Source of the DNA: a virus
Lineage: Duplodnaviria > Caudoviricetes
DNA: 49,026 nt
Direction: 5' to 3' (one strand)
Virus record (IMG/VR): IMGVR_UViG_3300027994_000008
Coordinates: 1-49,026 of that record
Part shown: piece by piece, positions 47,901 through 49,026 of the stretch
Numbering within the stretch: the first letter of the stretch is position 1
Layout: each line of letters starts with the position of its first letter
The notes under the pieces: generated by a model
The model's database searches: none
The model's input: the letters and a program-made list of their open reading frames with translations, nothing else
What the model was told of the DNA's origin: nothing
Translations under genes and position numbers: made by a program

Positions 47901-48060
47901 TGGTCGTGAACGAAGTCTGTATCTCGTCCCAACCAATAGGGGCGTTGTCCAAAGGTTTTTTTTGCGATACCTGCACCGCACCGTTTACTACTGAGTAGGT
48001 ACGGCCGTCCTTGTCGGCAAGAAAGTACAAATATTTTTTGTTCGGCAGTATTTGCGGCAT
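44905..48060 (-). CDS. Large tail tip / baseplate hub protein
   Basis: 1051 aa, beta-rich; follows tape measure on the circular map, precedes fibre. Confidence 0.65.
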   Translation of the reverse strand: MPQILPNKKYLYFLADKDGRTYSVVNGAVQVSQKKPLDNAPIGWDEIQTSFTTSKQYFSLTRTFAVPLQFVRDGAQILRHFMYNVSGANTELYVIIMRQDRNRLMYYKGEYKGKINFEKFEDDPDLGVTVDVAEGGPQMYINAKDDQTLEKDLIASTTTINVLFDGLDFFDTLNYQVTEASTFDQMPNDEAYGQFSCVPIVYLNNNGDSVGIVPGNSYPDPMGFSYGDVFAYANRNSNYLYLSVNPITIDLKLKLDYDLQALPEGGLISFYFFTNVQDGIEPSTGNPQPRFIPILPEQIKPVGDNAQLFSGTIALAANERLFIGCSVKRTPDDIALILPVINFKNTGFLTIAFTSRQPASVVVCERPLTVWQWLISTLTEGRYVGASNLLTASSNLVLTGGEALRQLKGTDGNPKALLKTSLKDFFNAFDVLKDVALKVVGNVVYLEKKTELYNVNNGLIFDLGEVLKCKIFAAEEYFAGQFIVGLPKQTYSKRNGRYETNARVEYTLPGNSSKVYSADTVYRWDPYGMEFIRALAGDDETTDAKSDNEVFVVNISNEQDANGNYLLNRKTYDVSPPVGIPTASVYNIEEMTPKRILLAHAASLRLRLYQAAMFAKIKVSTADKNKDLVTVLNNVVTSEAADVPVTSLGTPLALPYIAEIQVKTPVTFAEMLEALAGGLIKFTFKNRPVNCLPIGEMVSKGVDNAEQTWKLLIAPNNSLAGLAILSKEGIFALDYTNNMILAADLNSVHWLPFDEVAEPKYHHKDLYGDYFKNRYTRFVSSPNYHQKWQVTDPIANQFITAQIGNLEIHVYNNLGEVVLTVPMDVLTASEVELPYVLNQNSFSAGLLPNGCYSFALVSSGQIVFVSEFQMVETDLPETYLIEYFNSYNTQNTFFNTTDTDGLPRNFRPAIRVEAMFQTPDFKMSSVDYTNSNESKQKAKADPYKIEVLTMGNGVGIPDYLANKLNAVTSLDSTSVEGKRYTRPEDSGDMESEKRLGAPMDIYKIKLQRTFNIYGVSVNDINVPEGNRTAVYMLDNEIFGQAPGVESAEIIE

Positions 48061-48098
48061 GGTGGCGAAGTTAGCAAATGGCTTTTAAAATAAAGTAT

Positions 48099-48150
48099 GT
48101 AAAATATTTGGTAGAATGGTTTTATTGATTAGTTTTGTGGGACAAAATTA
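48099..48150 (+). promoter_or_regulatory. Promoter/operator box (copy 12)
   Basis: GTAAAATATTTG-N19-TAGTTTTGTGGGACAAAATTA, 7 nt before ATG. Confidence 0.85.
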
Positions 48151-48157
48151 AAAATAC

Positions 48158-48502
48158 ATGGCAGAACTGCACTTTGATATGTTTGCATATCATTTTGAAT
48201 TAATGCGGCGCACCTTTATAGATTGGAACCCGTCTATGTACAACGGCGCACCTATAGTAGATATTAAGAGGCCTTACGGAAATAAATCTACTTTTGAAGA
48301 TATAGCGGAAATTATGGGCTGGCCGGTAGACGCACAATCTGAAAACCCTTTATCTACCGATACTTTACGCAGGTGTAAAGAAATCCACGAAAGTATGGCG
48401 ACGGCCATTCAGATAGTTTTATGCACAAATTCTTTTGAAACAGGCAGGTATGTTAAAATCAATCCGTTCAAAGACACGTCTTGGAAACTTGATAAACTTT
48501 AA
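48158..48502 (+). CDS. Hypothetical protein
   Basis: GAPIVDIKRPYGN...DIAEIMG motif; first gene after promoter. Confidence 0.7.
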   Translation: MAELHFDMFAYHFELMRRTFIDWNPSMYNGAPIVDIKRPYGNKSTFEDIAEIMGWPVDAQSENPLSTDTLRRCKEIHESMATAIQIVLCTNSFETGRYVKINPFKDTSWKLDKL

Positions 48503-48569
48503 ACATGAGCAAAACAGATGACGAACTGGAGAAAAGAGATTTGCTCACCTTTAACCAAATGTTTGAATA

Positions 48570-48797
48570 ATGAAATACGAAAATTTAAAAAGGGCGGTAA
48601 CCCTCGCTAACGAAGAAAATACTATTATTTTACTAAAATCTAATTTGTCCGGTATTGGTAAAAAGTTTCTTGTAATTTATGAAAATGCCGATACTGAACC
48701 CGAAGCATCTTTAATGTCGGCGTTAGGTATCGCAAATATTTACGGGTTTAGATTAACTGACGTAGTAAATGCATTGGGAAGCTTAGAAAAACTTTAA
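48570..48797 (+). CDS. Hypothetical protein
   Basis: 75-aa ORF in + strand island. Confidence 0.6.
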   Translation: MKYENLKRAVTLANEENTIILLKSNLSGIGKKFLVIYENADTEPEASLMSALGIANIYGFRLTDVVNALGSLEKL

Positions 48798-48799
48798 AT

Positions 48800-49026
48800 A
48801 TGGAAGGCGATAAACTGGTAATCATGTCCTTAGATGTTAGCCCTGATTTTGGGCTGGTGAATAACGTTGTTGAAGAAATAAACAGGGTTATGGAACTTAA
48901 AAAGTTAAAAGCCGAGTACTTTGCAACGGTTGACCGCGGCCGGCTAAGTTTTGACGACGAACTGAAATTCAGGGCGCATTTCAACGAGCCCAACAAATCT
49001 GTAACGGATTTTGTGGACGGCTTCGC
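48800..49026 (+). CDS. Hypothetical protein spanning the circular junction (continues 130..163; 86 aa)
   Basis: MEGDKLVIMS...FVDGFA-IFILNNAKTQ* reads through the overlap. Confidence 0.7.
   Translation, partial: MEGDKLVIMSLDVSPDFGLVNNVVEEINRVMELKKLKAEYFATVDRGRLSFDDELKFRAHFNEPNKSVTDFVDGF
48901..49026. repeat. Terminal direct repeat, copy 2
   Basis: Identical to 4..129. Confidence 0.95.

Noticed and set aside
40527-48060. Diversity-generating retroelement or invertible tail-fibre cassette
   Set aside because: No reverse transcriptase, invertase or template/variable repeat pair seen by eye
1-49026. Integrated prophage or lysogeny module; alternative genetic code
   Set aside because: No integrase, CI-like repressor or host genes recognised; core genes are full length in the standard code

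Overview
Apparently complete, circularly assembled (~48.9 kb; 126-bp terminal overlap, with one ORF reading across the junction) tailed dsDNA phage, probably siphovirus-like. It most likely infects Bacteroidota, judged from TTTG-N19-22-TAnnTTTG promoters and A-rich leaders lacking Shine-Dalgarno sites. Mostly minus-strand modules: tail/tail fibre, lysis (M15 endolysin, holin-like genes), small early genes, replication (DUF2800, DUF2815, DnaQ-like exonuclease, family A polymerase, two methyltransferases, VirE-like primase-helicase, VRR-NUC, SNF2), packaging (TerS, TerL, portal), head and tail. No integrase or CI-like repressor was recognised. Main observations: (1) a 309-aa intein in polymerase motif B whose HNH homing endonuclease is encoded in the overlapping +1 frame; (2) a hidden -1-frame extension of the major tail protein that repeats a TGFxVTNPT peptide also ending a tiny ORF placed just before an N-terminally truncated SGNH esterase; (3) a promoter-driven cluster of three tRNA-like RNAs with atypical interiors; (4) a 12-copy palindromic promoter/operator box; (5) a broken C5 methyltransferase, a tandem Tad2-like protein, signal-peptide-bearing tail-region proteins and a cruciform origin candidate. 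All family calls are by eye from motifs; no searches were run.
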